DNA from: Amoebidium appalachense
Lineage: Eukaryota > Protista > Ichthyosporea
Assembly: GCA_963693365.1 (NCBI GenBank)
Contig: CAVNZM010000003.1
Location: 6,104,509 to 6,168,508 of the forward strand
Length of the DNA: 64,000 nt
Reading direction: 5' to 3'
The translations under genes and the position numbers were made by a program. Numbering within the stretch: position 1 is the first letter of the stretch; each line of letters starts with the position of its first letter. Positions 13,975 through 45,752 of this stretch are shown here, piece by piece. The notes under the pieces are model-generated. The model searched no databases and had not been told where the DNA came from. It worked only from the letters and a program-made list of their open reading frames with translations.

Positions 13975-14470
13975 TTGGGCCCTTGTGTGTGTGTGCAAAT
14001 AGTTACGAGCATACTCTTTTTGTGTCATGCTCGTACACCTGCCAGTAGGTGCACACCCGTGATATGCGTCACGTATGCACGTGTGTGTGTGTGTACCAGC
14101 GTGTTACACGTTTTTGGAAAACACTGTTCTTTTATACAACAGTCTATAAATTTCAGCTATAATTTGGTGGCCTCCATATTCATGTGTCTAAGAAACACAG
14201 CAGCCCACTCACGGTGAGCAATCGTGGCCCAAACCCACAGAAACTCACCAATTTACCACAGTTAAGTGGCCACCCAATGGACACCTATGCTGCTCAAGGA
14301 TCCCAATTTAGCTTAGAACCTTTGATTGTGGGAATGTGCAGGCTGGAATTTCTTAAAGCCCCCTCCATCCCCCCCCTCCCCCTCCGCCTGACACCCCCCC
14401 CCCCCCCCCCCCCAGCCCCTTCGATATTCCCCCGCCCCCATAACTAAATGCCAACACACAGGCACACACG

Positions 14471-14549
<79 letters not shown>

Positions 14550-15009
14550 CGACACAGTGACGCGCACGCACACACACACACACTGTGACACACACACACA
14601 CACACACACACACATGCACATACACCAATCAACCCCCTCCCCCCCCCCCAAAAAAAAAAATAATAAAAAATAAAAATAAAAATAAAAAAGAACCTCTCTC
14701 CATATTTTAGCTATCATACATTCTCTATGCTCTCTCTCTCTCTCTCTGTTTGTGTGTAAGTGCATGGGCACATCAATGTACTGTACTGAATCGTGAGCGT
14801 GTATTGACGATTATTATTGCTATCCGAGTCACGGACCCCCAGCCATTTTAGGGGCGCGTCTCCGCATTGCATACATACATTCAAGTTCATAATTAGTTAC
14901 AAAAACTTTCACATCGGGTATTCACTAATTATCATAAATTCGAGACCCTTACATTTCATTAATATATCTAATCTGAAATCACATCACAATGACATGTTCA
15001 CGAACCCCA

Positions 15010-16422
15010 CTAGGGCGCCGGCGGTGCTGTCCCTCTTTCTGTATTTACGGATACACTTCTTCTGGTCAGAGGAATAGTTGTTTGTTGTTTTGCTTGGAAT
15101 AACTGACACGACAACTGGTCTAGGGCATACACAGTTACACCTATTCGTGAAATAATCAACTCACCGCAACACAAAGAGAGTACAGAGTCGTGGTAGTACA
15201 AGACGTGGGTAAGAACAATGAAAACAAGTATGTCAAAGGTAACTAACAGGCGTATGTTGGAGTAATAATCAGAGAAATGGTAGTGTGCCGGCCGGCTGCG
15301 TACAGTGTAAAAGAGAAACCAAAACGTGTATATCCCCACTAAGAGCCAGGCACCTATATGCGCACATCGCGATGTGGGGTCGTCCAAATCGAACTCGAAA
15401 TGGAAACGGAAAACAGTAAACGAAACACAACACATTGCCCAGATGAGAACATGAAGAGGGAGAGGCTTGAAAAAGTCTAACCTTCTCGTACTCAGCGTCT
15501 TGATAAAACACATGTAGATAATGCGTTGCCTTTGCACCACGGCACCGATGAAAATCGTAGCGAAAAAGATTCCCACCACCACAGATCCATATATGGAGTT
15601 CATCGCTTTGAAGCCGGAGTCTTCCAGAACTCGCGCTTTGGCAGTGCTCATGGGCATGGCGGAAATATTAAACGACACAAACTTAAGGCAGAAAGAAGTC
15701 ATCACCATAGTCATGCTCGCGATAAACAACACTCCGGAAGTGAAAGCCTGCACCAGAAAAGGTATGCCGCGTGATTTCACCACACGGTGCTTTCTGAAAC
15801 GAAAAGCCAAAAGTGCAATCAGTACTAGAATGCTAATGTGCACGCATGTCGCCGCCAGCTGCAGTTTCCATATTTGGTCTCCTTCCCGTTGTGCTTCATT
15901 GGCTGTTTTTTGAAATGACTGCAGCTGTGAAATGAGCGTACGGAAAAGTGATACTTTGGTCTGGATGTCGCCGTAAGACGGTAGAAACAGTTGCTCAGCG
16001 GTACGTCTCAGCCATGTTCCGGCATGAAAAACCTTCGCCGAAGGAGAAATGGGTGTGATTGCAAAACATTTCGCGAGTATCGCGCTTTCAAAAGCACACA
16101 CACACAATAGAATCACGCCAAAAATGACGAAAGTAAACCTTTGGTAGTGTGAGTCAAAGGGGTAATCACTCTCCGAGGAATCGGTGACGGTACGTTGGTG
16201 TTGGGCTGATCTTGAAATGGTGAGTGTAATTGGGCTCACAGGACGTAGAACACCTACCGTGTGGAAAAATGGAAGGATGCTTGCGTTTTCTGTGCGTTCC
16301 TTTGCATAAGAATCATGGTTTTGTTGTGCAACGGGAGGGGGGGATATGGAATGGATCTCGAGGCTGGGTGGAGCATTTTCGTGCGTTTCTGACTTTCCTT
16401 TAGACTCGCGCTTGGTAGACAT
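15010..16422 (-). CDS. Intronless 470-aa multi-pass membrane protein, class C GPCR (7tm_3)-like
   Basis: Clean ATG-to-stop ORF. TM1 is followed by RFRKHRVVKSRG, TM3 ends RQRIIYMCF, and TM5-6 linker is TVRSRPAHYHFSDY. These echo class C R..P(V/I)VK, K..RI..IF and TR..P..FNE motifs. There is an extra N-terminal hydrophobic segment. Confidence 0.6.
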   Translation of the reverse strand: MSTKRESKGKSETHENAPPSLEIHSISPPPVAQQNHDSYAKERTENASILPFFHTVGVLRPVSPITLTISRSAQHQRTVTDSSESDYPFDSHYQRFTFVIFGVILLCVCAFESAILAKCFAITPISPSAKVFHAGTWLRRTAEQLFLPSYGDIQTKVSLFRTLISQLQSFQKTANEAQREGDQIWKLQLAATCVHISILVLIALLAFRFRKHRVVKSRGIPFLVQAFTSGVLFIASMTMVMTSFCLKFVSFNISAMPMSTAKARVLEDSGFKAMNSIYGSVVVGIFFATIFIGAVVQRQRIIYMCFIKTLSTRRLDFFKPLPLHVLIWAMCCVSFTVFRFHFEFDLDDPTSRCAHIGAWLLVGIYTFWFLFYTVRSRPAHYHFSDYYSNIRLLVTFDILVFIVLTHVLYYHDSVLSLCCGELIISRIGVTVYALDQLSCQLFQAKQQTTIPLTRRSVSVNTERGTAPPAP

Positions 16423-18546
16423 GAGTATGGTTGTTAGCGGGCCAAACAGGTTTGGCCGAAGGTGAGGTTTGCTTGTTAGACATTTGTTCGACAGGGAGGG
16501 AGATAGCGATGTGTTTAGAAGAGGGTATGGGTGTGTGTTTGTTTATGGGTGTGGACGTCCATGTGATCGTGCGGCTGATCTTTATTCTGTTGTTTTAACA
16601 GCTATCGTATGTGTGCCTGCATGTTGTGTTGCCTCAGAATATGATTATTCTGTGCAAGCACTTCAACATACAAAATTCTCAGACTCTGTTTTCTTATCAA
16701 CTCCCAGCTTTGTGTTGATGCGTTGTTGTGTGAATGGCAAACTTTACGTGTCTATAGTTCAGTACCGAGATTGAGAGCTGTGCTTCGCTTCGAATCGAGT
16801 ATCCTTATAGGATACTCATGTATCACTACTGCAGCTGTTACTGCTTTCATACCTAACGTTTGTGTTTGAGGCAAGTTCGAAACTTTATGTGTACATTTTC
16901 TGTGACCGGTGGCTTGTGTGCACGTGGCAAGAACTTTTCCACGGAGGCGCGGACTGCGGAGGCTCGGAGAGTTTAAAAAAATCAACAAGGGTTCACAACT
17001 ATAACAACCCAAATCAGTTATTCGATTTTGCAAAACCGGCTGTGTGTAATGGAGTAGTGGATTTATTTTGGAATCTAGATCATTTTCTCCGTGAGTATCG
17101 AAATTTTAAAGCCCTACAGTAGTTTCAATGAATGAATGTGCGACAAACAAATCTGATTGGAGTGTTGTTGACTCCGATATAGTAGTAGTCTAAACACTGC
17201 ATACCCGGCATGCAAATTTGGGCCGATAACTTGCAGCAACGCCCTATTGTCTACCTGGACTGAAAATAGCTTTTATTTTTCAGGGACATGGCGGAGTCAC
17301 CTCTGAAGGCCGCTAAACATGAGCCTCCATTACCATTTACTAATGGAGTAAATTTTTGTCATGATGGATCCGGAATTCCGGAGCTCCGCCAGTAAAGTTC
17401 TGTATGACGTAACGGGGTGACATGATTGAATTGCGGCGATTGCCACATTCACATTTGCCATGCAAACGACGGTGTAAGCACCTGCTGCTTTCAAAAATCA
17501 GTACAAGATGTTATTTTGTTTGAATAGAAGGTAAAATAAATATTTATATATTTTTTTTGGTTTTAAGCTTGCATTTGATTGGGCGAACTTGTGATTCTAG
17601 TTCTGCAGCCTGAGCAGTTACGGTATGACTCTGGCCCGTCTATGGGTGCCACAGTGTTGATTGGCGGACACCGCACCAGGAGCTTCGAAGTATATATGCC
17701 GCAAAGATCACATGAGCCATTTTTAGTTCTTGTTATATGCATAATAATGATAGTCTATAAAGCAGTAGCGTTAAACAATGCAAATAACACGTGTAAAGAC
17801 ACATAATAATTATAACCTTTTTACATTAGCTGTGCGCGCATAGTGCATGCACTGACAAAAGTCTTTATGCGTCCTAATCACGAACAGGGGTGCGGTGACG
17901 CGTGCCCGCTGGCAAAATATCAAGCCCTCCTAAACGGGCATACAGTATGTCACATACCGAACATCGGCACGTGCATTTCTATGTGCTACATACTGAAAAC
18001 TAGCTAGCCTGTATGGCCCCGCCCTCGCGGGCGGGCCTTATATACTACATCATTGCAGCGATAAAAGAAGCCTTGAAGAAAAAAAGAAAAGAAAAAAAAA
18101 GAGAGAAAAAAAAACACAAAGAAAAGAACAGGGGATATGGGAAAAGACTGGAATGAAAACAAAAAAAAACGTAGTGCACAGGGCATTGCAAATATGGTGC
18201 CGCGACGCCATCAACATATATAGCGCACGGACTGTCCTTATCCACGGCAGGCGGTATACCTTGGGTTTTCAGGTGGGGGCGTTATCAGGCTGTTGCGGAC
18301 TCCGGAGAGGCGGCTCGAAGACAAAATCGAGATAACCCGCGGTGCTAAGCTATGAACAAAAGGTGTCGTTGGGATAACTTAAGGATAAACAAACTGTCTT
18401 GATTGGTGATTGTATTGTAGAATAGATTTACACACTTGCGGGACCTGCAACATACAGGCGCGCCTCAGTTATATCAACCCCATGGTATATCAACCCTTGA
18501 TTGTAGCAACCCCCCCCCCCCCCCCGCCCGCCCGCCCGCCCGCCCG

Positions 18547-18574
18547 CCCCGGGTTCGATCCTGGCCGGCGCCGT

Positions 18575-18606
<32 letters not shown>
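18547..18606 (+). other. tRNA 3'-half-like fragment (B-box) followed by poly-T
   Basis: CCGGGTTCGATCCTGG forms a T-arm-like hairpin followed by an oligo-T; no 5' half or anticodon arm seen. Confidence 0.3.
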
Positions 18607-18672
18607 CCCCTAAGTCTGGCTGCACATGCCAATGGGTGCGGGCTGGACCAATCAGATGCTACAACTAAATTG

Positions 18673-19459
18673 ATTTCTCCTTGTAGTCTTTATGGTGTCT
18701 CGTAGAGAAAGTAAACCCTGATATATAGTCACCACCCGACATCTATGTACGTGATCATGATATACCGCTGAGGGGATATTCCGAGCAAAACCCCCCCCCA
18801 TACCTGAGACTGGTTCTCTTGCCTCGAGTAAACAGCGTAAACCCCCACATAGATTTAAGTCTCGTATCAGAAGGTGGGTGCTTCTGGCACACAAAACTCC
18901 GGGCTGACTCCGACCACACTTGGCTGCACTTTTTTGCACCGTACGCATTTACAGTTTTTACACACACACCAGCTCATTGTGCTATCAAGCCAAATGGCCA
19001 AAAATAAGAAAACCACCAAGAAAAGCGGGCATGTGCCTGGTAGGGGTATCAAAAAAAGCACCAAGGTCAAACTGTTCAGTGCGACCATGAAGTCCAAAAT
19101 CTCCACCAGCACCCGCACAAACGATGGGGTGCCTATCATCGCAAAGGCACCGCGCAAGAAGAAGCAGCCCGTGTCTATGAACACGAAGGCAAAGATCATT
19201 GAGCGGGTGGATTCTGGCGAGAGCCATGCCAACCTGGAGCGCGAGTTCAATCTCTCCAAGGGCACCATCACCATATATATAAGGGGGTTTACGCTGTTTA
19301 CTCGAGGCAAAGAGAACCAGTCTCAGGTAGGGGGGGGGGGGGTTTGCTCGGAATATCCCCTCAGCGGTATATCATGATCACGTACATAGATGTCGGGTGG
19401 TGACTATATATCAGGGTTTACTTTCTCTACGAGACACCATAAAGACTACAAGGAGAAAT
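18673..19459. repeat. ~175-bp near-perfect inverted repeat pair (18673-18846 / 19283-19459)
   Basis: ATTTCTCCTTGTAGTCTTTATGGTGTCTCG...CAGCGTAAACCCCC and its reverse complement. Confidence 0.92.
18994..19282 (+). pseudogene. Truncated pogo/Tigger transposase N-terminus (HTH_psq/CENP-B N-like)
   Basis: RKKKQPVSMNTKAKIIERVDSGESHANLEREFNLSKGTI; interrupted at 19283 by the inverted repeat; no DDD domain. Confidence 0.8.
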
Positions 19460-20535
19460 ATATATAATAGATCGCAGATCGCACGATAAAGGCTCAGATC
19501 GCCCGATTAGCCCCAGATCGCCCGATCAGGCGATCTCTCGGTTATATCAACCCTTGATTGTAGCAACCCTAGGGCCGCCGGCGAAGGGTTGATATAACTG
19601 AGGCGCGACTGTATCCATCTGCGTGGTACTATAGAGACTCTTGATATTAAAGAGGTTGTGCCAGTTTCGCGTTATGGATCGAAATGTAAATTTGACCGCA
19701 TTTTGTTATGCGAAATAACTATTATGGTTAGTATAAAAAAAATATTTTATTTTTTATCTATAAATTATCAAAGAATATCAAAAAATGTTTACTTGATGCA
19801 TATGATTGTTTAGTACTTGGAACATGCTTTTGGATTCTCTTTATTTTCAACGTCACATGAAAATACCGGACATCGAATCTTGATACGGGATCCCTTATTT
19901 CAAATATCTTGCCGACGTTGATGTTATGGAGGAAAAAGGCCGCTTTGGCTTGATGTATCAAAATCCTAAATTAAGGGGCAACAATGTCTTCTAAAGATAT
20001 CATGCTAATCTTTTTGGTTTTTTTTCACATATAACGATCACAAAAATTCAAGAAACTGCGTATAGCTCTGTAAATACGCAGACATCAAGATGAGCTCTCT
20101 TTATTTTCAACATGAGTCCACTTGAAGATAATGGAAAAGTAAATCTTGGTAGTGGATTACATTCTTGAGTTTTAAAAGTTTTTAATGCATTCTATTGGAT
20201 CCATTGCGTAGCTGATCCTTATCCAATCATCTCTCTATAATCCCTACCGGAATACAGCTGTCATCAGTTCTGCCGAACCCAACCGGTATGATGCCCGGAA
20301 CAGGCTAACGGCACATTTTAAAATGTACGATATGCTTGGATCCCTGTTTTTAAAAACTTAGCGTTACTTATCTAGCCTAGCTGCCAGCTCACTCAGACAT
20401 AGGTAGGCCTAAATGTCATTAGTTCTATAAAACAGTTATACTAAGAAGCATTCCAAAACACACGAACAAGCTCCCTATTTATGGCAATACGGTAACACAT
20501 CTAAAGTGTTGCACCACGAATGATCAGCCTTTGAT

Positions 20536-20571
<36 letters not shown>

Positions 20572-20794
20572 ACCCCCCCCCTTCGAGTCACTCCGCCCCT
20601 CCAGACCTGCCCTGATCCTGAGCCCCCCGCCCGTTTCCTTCCCTTACCCCTTGTTGACCCCTCCCCCCTCCCTCCCTTCCCCCCCCCCCCCCTCCCCCCT
20701 CCCCCCTCCCCCCCCCCCCCCCCCCCCCGCCCCCCCACCCCGCCCCGCTTTCCCCCTCTTCCCTTGACCCTCTAGAGTTCAACATAGGTTCACG

Positions 20795-30138
<9,344 letters not shown>

Positions 30139-30905
30139 CATGGTTTTTAATATTAAATGTCAATCATTTTAGCTGCGTGTGTGTGCGTGAGGGGGGGGGG
30201 GGGGTGGGGGGGGGTTGTGTTCGGGGTCGGTAACGGTGGGAACAGAGTGGAACGAATGACATTCTTTAAAAATGTACGTTGTAAATCAGATAAGATTTAT
30301 GTTTTGGTTATTCCTTTGCTTTGTTTTGGTTTTAATTGTTTATGCTTGGTTGCCTATCGGTACCACGTGTGTGTTCATGTGTGTGTGTGTGTCTGTGTTT
30401 GGTGTGTGTGCGTGTGCGTGTGTGTGTGTGTGTGTTTTGGGGGAAGGGGGGGGGGGGGGGGGGGGGGGGGGGACATTAAATGGGAGTCCTATATCGTTGG
30501 AACCGTTGATATAGAAGTGCTTGAATGTACTGCACAACACAACTTACAGATAAACAGAACGAGATGTGCAAGAAAAATGGTTAATGACTTTTATTTGGTT
30601 TGCTCCAAACCACGTTATGTATGAAAAGCGATAGCACATGTTACACCCATCACCATGTTCCATATCCAAACGGTACCACGAAAAACACAAAAATACACCC
30701 TGGCTGTGCCAGGACTCAAGCGTCACCTGTACATTCGCGAAGCATTTTTTATTTCTCAGGCAGGTGAGGGATGCCATTCGTCACAGATATCATATATATC
30801 CCTGACCAATCAAAAATCATATCCCCGATCCATCAGACCAATGATATGCATTCTCGTGTATTTCCAAGCATCGAATTCCCAGGTCCCGATCAATTAACAA
30901 GATCA

Positions 30906-30957
<52 letters not shown>

Positions 30958-31412
30958 AAAAAAAAACCCCCAGGAAAAAGTCAATAAATAAGAAGACAAA
31001 ACACCCGTTACGTTACCCGCCCACCGTGAATACACACACCTTCACCCCTAACCACACTCGAATAAACACGTGCTCTCCTGTGACGTACACTTGCACCACC
31101 ACCAGCCAAAAAAGAGCCAGTGCATCAGAAAACCGGGTGGGAATTCGAAGAAAAGGTAGGGATAGTCGGTCAGGGGTAACGTGGTGTGTGCCTATCTACA
31201 TAAGACCACCGCCCGCACACGTGTATGGTTAATACTTGATAAAAGGATACCATGGCTTGCACAGTCCTCATCTGCACTCGTACCTCGGTAATCAGCTCAT
31301 TCAACATTTTCACACCTCCAAATATATATAGTATATCCAAATTTATCATAAAAAAGATATCGATCAAGACCTACAGGCGACTGAACCGTTAAAAGTCAAG
31401 ACAATTTCCATA

Positions 31413-40637
<9,225 letters not shown>

Positions 40638-41678
40638 GTTTGCGTTTCACACTTGGTGCTCGTATACTTTTCAAAGTGGGAACTGCTAAATCTGATGGGA
40701 AGATCCAACAAGAGAAACGAACGAAAAAACTCGTTCACTTGAAGATGAGGTGGGGTTAGGTATGCGTCCACCCACGCTGGAAGCCTTCAGGTTGAAAGGT
40801 TCGCTGGCCGCGGAAGCCGCGCTCAGTAGTCTCCGTTTGTGTGTCACAATGACGTAGCTGTAGTCTTCTTTGTATGACACAAATGTAGAGCAAAAAACAG
40901 CTGCTTTCCTATTCACAACATGCAAGGTAGTATGAATTGGCTTACCTTTGTAGACTATTGCTGACACTCTCACATTCCATGAGCCGTCTCACACGCTGAT
41001 TGGTTATCGACCTATGTTGTCGTTGCCATATCAGGCTATTTTTTATTGTTGGGATAAAGTAAGGCATGATAGTGCACCAGTAATAAAGAGCGAAGAAGGG
41101 AAAGCTTACATACTATCTACACGTCAGTTCAGAAAACCATCTCTCTGCGACGGCAAGCCCTACACCAGTGCCCTAATATAGTAAATTCATTATTTATTCA
41201 TTTATTAGATAATTAGTCATCAACATAATAAAATGATGCACCTTCAAGGCATGCAAAGCTCCGAGACGTGACACCAGGCTCAGTGACGTCATACTTACCA
41301 ATCCTCTACGTCGTTTGATTGGCTGTCATAAGAATGCGCGGGAAATTTTTAATCGCACTCCGCTTGGCACCAAGCTCTCTTGGCACCCAGCGAGCCTGTG
41401 CACGCAAAGATTCGAGTTGTTGGGGCGTGCGCATGCATATAAACTATGTTATACCCGACAGTTTTTTATGTTGACGGGAGTAGACGGGAGTGAACGGGAG
41501 TGAACGGGAACTAGTTTGTAGTTAGGGTTGCTTAAGGGTATCTTTATGTTGTTGACCTTTTTGGCACATCTGCCTTTCTATCGTAGACTCGTTCCACTTC
41601 GTTTACTCTCAAGTCATTATAGCTCAAGCCCTCCGTCTTCATTCTTCATTCGCTGTAGTTCCCAAAGAATAGGCATAA
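40638..41678. promoter_or_regulatory. Probable bidirectional promoter region between GMPR and the GH27 gene
   Basis: Head-to-head ATGs ~1 kb apart; free of microsatellites; TGACGTCA at 41284-41291, CCAAT at 41298 and ATTGG at ~41318 and ~40999. Confidence 0.55.
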
Positions 41679-42103
41679 ATGAAAACCAAAAGGTGCTGCG
41701 TTGCATTCGTGCTAAGTGCCGGGCTTGCCTCTGCTCTGGACAATGGAGTGGCCTTAACTCCACCCATGGGCTGGAACTCTTGGAACCACTTTAACGTATG
41801 TCGAGACCTCGTTCCCTTTCACTAAACCTTGTTGATGTGTACGGGTGTGCCGAGTATGCCGAGTATTTGATATATGGGTGTGTGCGTGTGCTATGCGGGT
41901 ATGGCTATCTCATGTGCGTGTGCTTGTATGTGCCTGGCCTGTGTGCATAACTAGGTTGGTCTTGTCGGGGATTGCATTGGTTGTGTGTGGGTGACTGTGT
42001 GTTCTGTATCTTTCACCTGTGTTGGATGTGTGCGTGTGTTCTGCGGATATTATCTAAACCTAGTGCGTGCGATTGTGTGCTTTTGTGTGCTTTTGTGTGC
42101 TCT

Positions 42104-42172
<69 letters not shown>

Positions 42173-42964
42173 CGTGTGTGTGTGTGGGTATGTGTGTGTG
42201 TTTGTGTGTGTGTGTGCGTGTGTGCGTGTAGTGTGCATGCCTGTGTCTGTGTTTACCTTTGCTGTTGCGACTGCCACCTACGGACGTAGTATGTGGCATC
42301 CTGATATTAAAGCTGAAACCCCCCCCCCCCCCCCCCCCCCCCATCCCCCCCCCTTATCAATAGCCACACACACGGTCGCAAAGCTCTGCTACAGGCCTGA
42401 CATCAGCACTGTACCTACATTGTTTGTGTAGGGCACGGGTAGTCATCTTTTTGATACACAGCAAACACCATAGAACTCCATTTTACTTACTTGCTTTCCC
42501 CACCCCTCCCCACCCACCCACCCACCCCCCCCCCCCCCCCCCCCCCCCCACCCCCCTTGTCCCCACGGGGCATCACTACACACGCACAGTGCGACAAACT
42601 GAATGAAACGGTCATCCGAGAAACCGCTCTGGCGATGATCGCCAATGGCATGCGTGATGCTGGCTACGTGTATGTGAACATGGATGACTGCTGGGAGGCG
42701 TGTGATGAGAGGGAGCCCATCACTGGCGACTGTCTGAAGAATGTGGGGAGGGGGGAGGATGGGAAACTCAGATGGGACCCGATCAAGTTCCCATCGGGGC
42801 TTAAGGCTCTGGGGGACTTTTTGCACGAAAACGGATTCAAATTCGGTGAGTGGCGGGTGAGAAATGGGATGGGAATGGCGCAAAAGGTGTTGGTGGGTGT
42901 GGAGGGGAGGGGGGGGGGAGGGAGCGGGGGAGGTTGCATGTGGCTGATGGTAGCCCATTAGAGT

Positions 42965-42995
<31 letters not shown>

Positions 42996-43228
42996 GGGGG
43001 GTTTGGAGTAGAAAAGCAAAAATGTGAAAGATTATGACACACTGGTGTTTGTGTGTGTGTGTTTTGTGTGAGGTGCTGCCGAAGTTTCGGGGTTTTTTCT
43101 CTCTTTCTTTTTTTTTTTTTTTTTTTTTTTTTGGGTGGGTGGGGATGGGGGGGGAGGGGGGGGGGGGGGAGGAAGGCAGATTTCTTCTTTACTTGAGCGG
43201 AGCATGTTTGGTAACCATGGTCGAATAT

Positions 43229-43307
<79 letters not shown>

Positions 43308-43460
43308 CATTACACTCACCCACACACACATACCCCCTCTCCCCCCCCCTCCCCCCCCCCCCACACAAACACAAACACACCCCTTATCCCCCCCCCCCCC
43401 CCACACACACACACACACACAACCCCCTCCCCCTTTCCCTTATTCCCCCTCCCCCATCCC

Positions 43461-43491
<31 letters not shown>

Positions 43492-44543
43492 ACACACCAC
43501 AACCTGTCCCGCTCCTTCCCCAACCCCCCCCCCCAAACACACGCACACACTCTCTTATTCCCCGCCCCTCTCCCCCCTCCCCCCTCCCCCCTCCCCCCCC
43601 CCACACACACACAACCTGTCCCACTCCTCCCCCTCCCCCGCCTTTCTCCCTCCCCGCACCCCCCCCCCCCCCCCCCCCATCTCTCCCTCCCACACACACA
43701 CATACAGGCATCTACACGTCCTCTGGCCCTCTCACCTGCTCCCGCTATGAGGGTAGCTGGCAGCATGAGTTTGAAGATGCCGCCACCTTTGCAGAGTGGG
43801 GGGTGGACTTTGTTAAGGTGGACTGCTGTGCAACTACGCCAGAAATGGCAATGGTATGTCGCGGTGTTTGTTTTAAACAAAAATCATCCCCCCCCCCCCC
43901 CCCCCCCCCTCCCCACTCCTCCAGCGTCTCATTTATTGCATGTTGGGTTTCTAACCACGGTAGTGTGTATGTCCTTGAGCGCTTGGTTCTTTTGCAGCGA
44001 AATTCTTCCCTTTTTTTCCCTTTCTCTTCTTTAGGGGAGGGGGAGGGGGGGGGGGGGGTCTAGAGTGGGTCTTGCTTTCTGCTCTCCGGTTTTTATTTGG
44101 GTGTGGCAAGGAGAGAAAACTGGAATGATACAGGGGGTTTTTTTTATTACAGGAATTTACCCGGTTTGAATGGAACTCCCCCCCCTCCCCCCCCCCCCCC
44201 CCCCGGCCCCCCTCCCCCCCTCTATATACACACGCAATACACCCGCGCGCACACACACAATCACCATTTCACCTACCTCTTCTTTCTCCCCCCCCGTCCT
44301 GCCCACTCCTGCCGACCTTTTCACTGTGCCCTTCCCCCACCTTTCCATTCCCCCCCCCCCCCACCCCCCCCCCCCCCCGCACCCCTTCTCTCAAGCCTAC
44401 CTTACCGGAAACACTCATTCCCACATCCCGCATTCCCACATCCACATACACGTGTGCGCGCACATGCATATCCCTCCCCCCCCCCCCTGCCCCCCTCCCC
44501 CCTCTCCCCCGGCCCCCCCCCACCCATCCATCCACGCACCCCA

Positions 44544-44582
<39 letters not shown>

Positions 44583-44891
44583 CCCAACATTGCCCCCACC
44601 CTCCCCCCCGCCCCTGCGTCCCCGTTCTCGCCCACCCACCCTCCACCCTCCACCTCCCCCCTTTCCTCCCCCCCCCCTCAACACACACAAATGCACGTAC
44701 AGGTTGCCTATCCACGTTGGCGTGATGCCATTCTGGCCAGTGGCCGGCCCATGGTCTATTCCTGCGATACAGATGAACTCTTCGACAACCCATTCAGTGC
44801 TATGAGATCGGGGCATAAACCTTGGACGTGGGCTCCACAGGCTTGCAACATGTGGAGATCGGGTATGTGTGGGTGTTTGTTTGTTTTTTTT

Positions 44892-44950
<59 letters not shown>

Positions 44951-45120
44951 GGGGAGGAGGGGGTGGAGGGTGTTGGGGGGGGAGGGGGGGAGGGGGAGGG
45001 GGGGGGGGGGGGGGGGGGGGGGGGATGTGTGGGTGGGGGTGTGAGTGGGTGGGTGGGTGGGTGGGGGTGGAGTGAGGGGAGGAAGGTGGGGGGGGGGGGA
45101 GGGGGGGGGGGAGGGGGGAA

Positions 45121-45154
<34 letters not shown>

Positions 45155-45502
45155 ACACGGTTGTGTGGATGGGTGTGTGTGTGTTTTTTGGGGGGAGGGG
45201 GGGGGAGGAGTGGAGGTGGTGTGTGTGTGTGGGGGGGGGGGGGGGGGGGGGTTGTTAGTGTGTAAGTGTGGGGGTAGGCGGGTCGACGTGTGTGTGGGTG
45301 GGTGGATGGGTAGATGTGGGTTGGTGGGTGGATGGGTAGATGTGTGTGGGTGCAGGTTCATGGCTTCAGCCCAACTTTCCCTCCTGCCTTGAGCTGACAA
45401 TTCATGCATACACTGCCATGCACACACCCACTCTCGCCACTCATTCACTCATTCACACACACACACATACACATGCACACACACACACACACACACACAC
45501 AT

Positions 45503-45561
<59 letters not shown>

Positions 45562-45680
45562 CACATGCATACACACCCACACATGCACACAGGGAGAAAG
45601 AGAACTCACCACGCACCCATACACATAATAGGCACATAATTGGAAATACCCAGTTCCAACAAACTTATCCCTCCCCCCCC

Positions 45681-45752
<72 letters not shown>

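Larger units (their letters stand above)
18455..19611 (+). mobile_element. Non-autonomous pogo/Tigger (Tc1/mariner) DNA transposon
   Basis: 26-bp TIRs CAG(G/T)CGCGCCTCAGTTATATCAACCC (18455-18480, 19586-19611; 1 mismatch), TA on both flanks, and a CENP-B-type HTH fragment inside. Confidence 0.9.

Noticed and set aside
17943-17995. Tiny CAGTATGT...ACATACTG hairpin resembling a pogo-type end
   Set aside because: Too short and imperfect, and the right flank lacks TA.
18547-18575. Functional tRNA gene
   Set aside because: Only a T-arm-like half is present; no D arm or anticodon arm.
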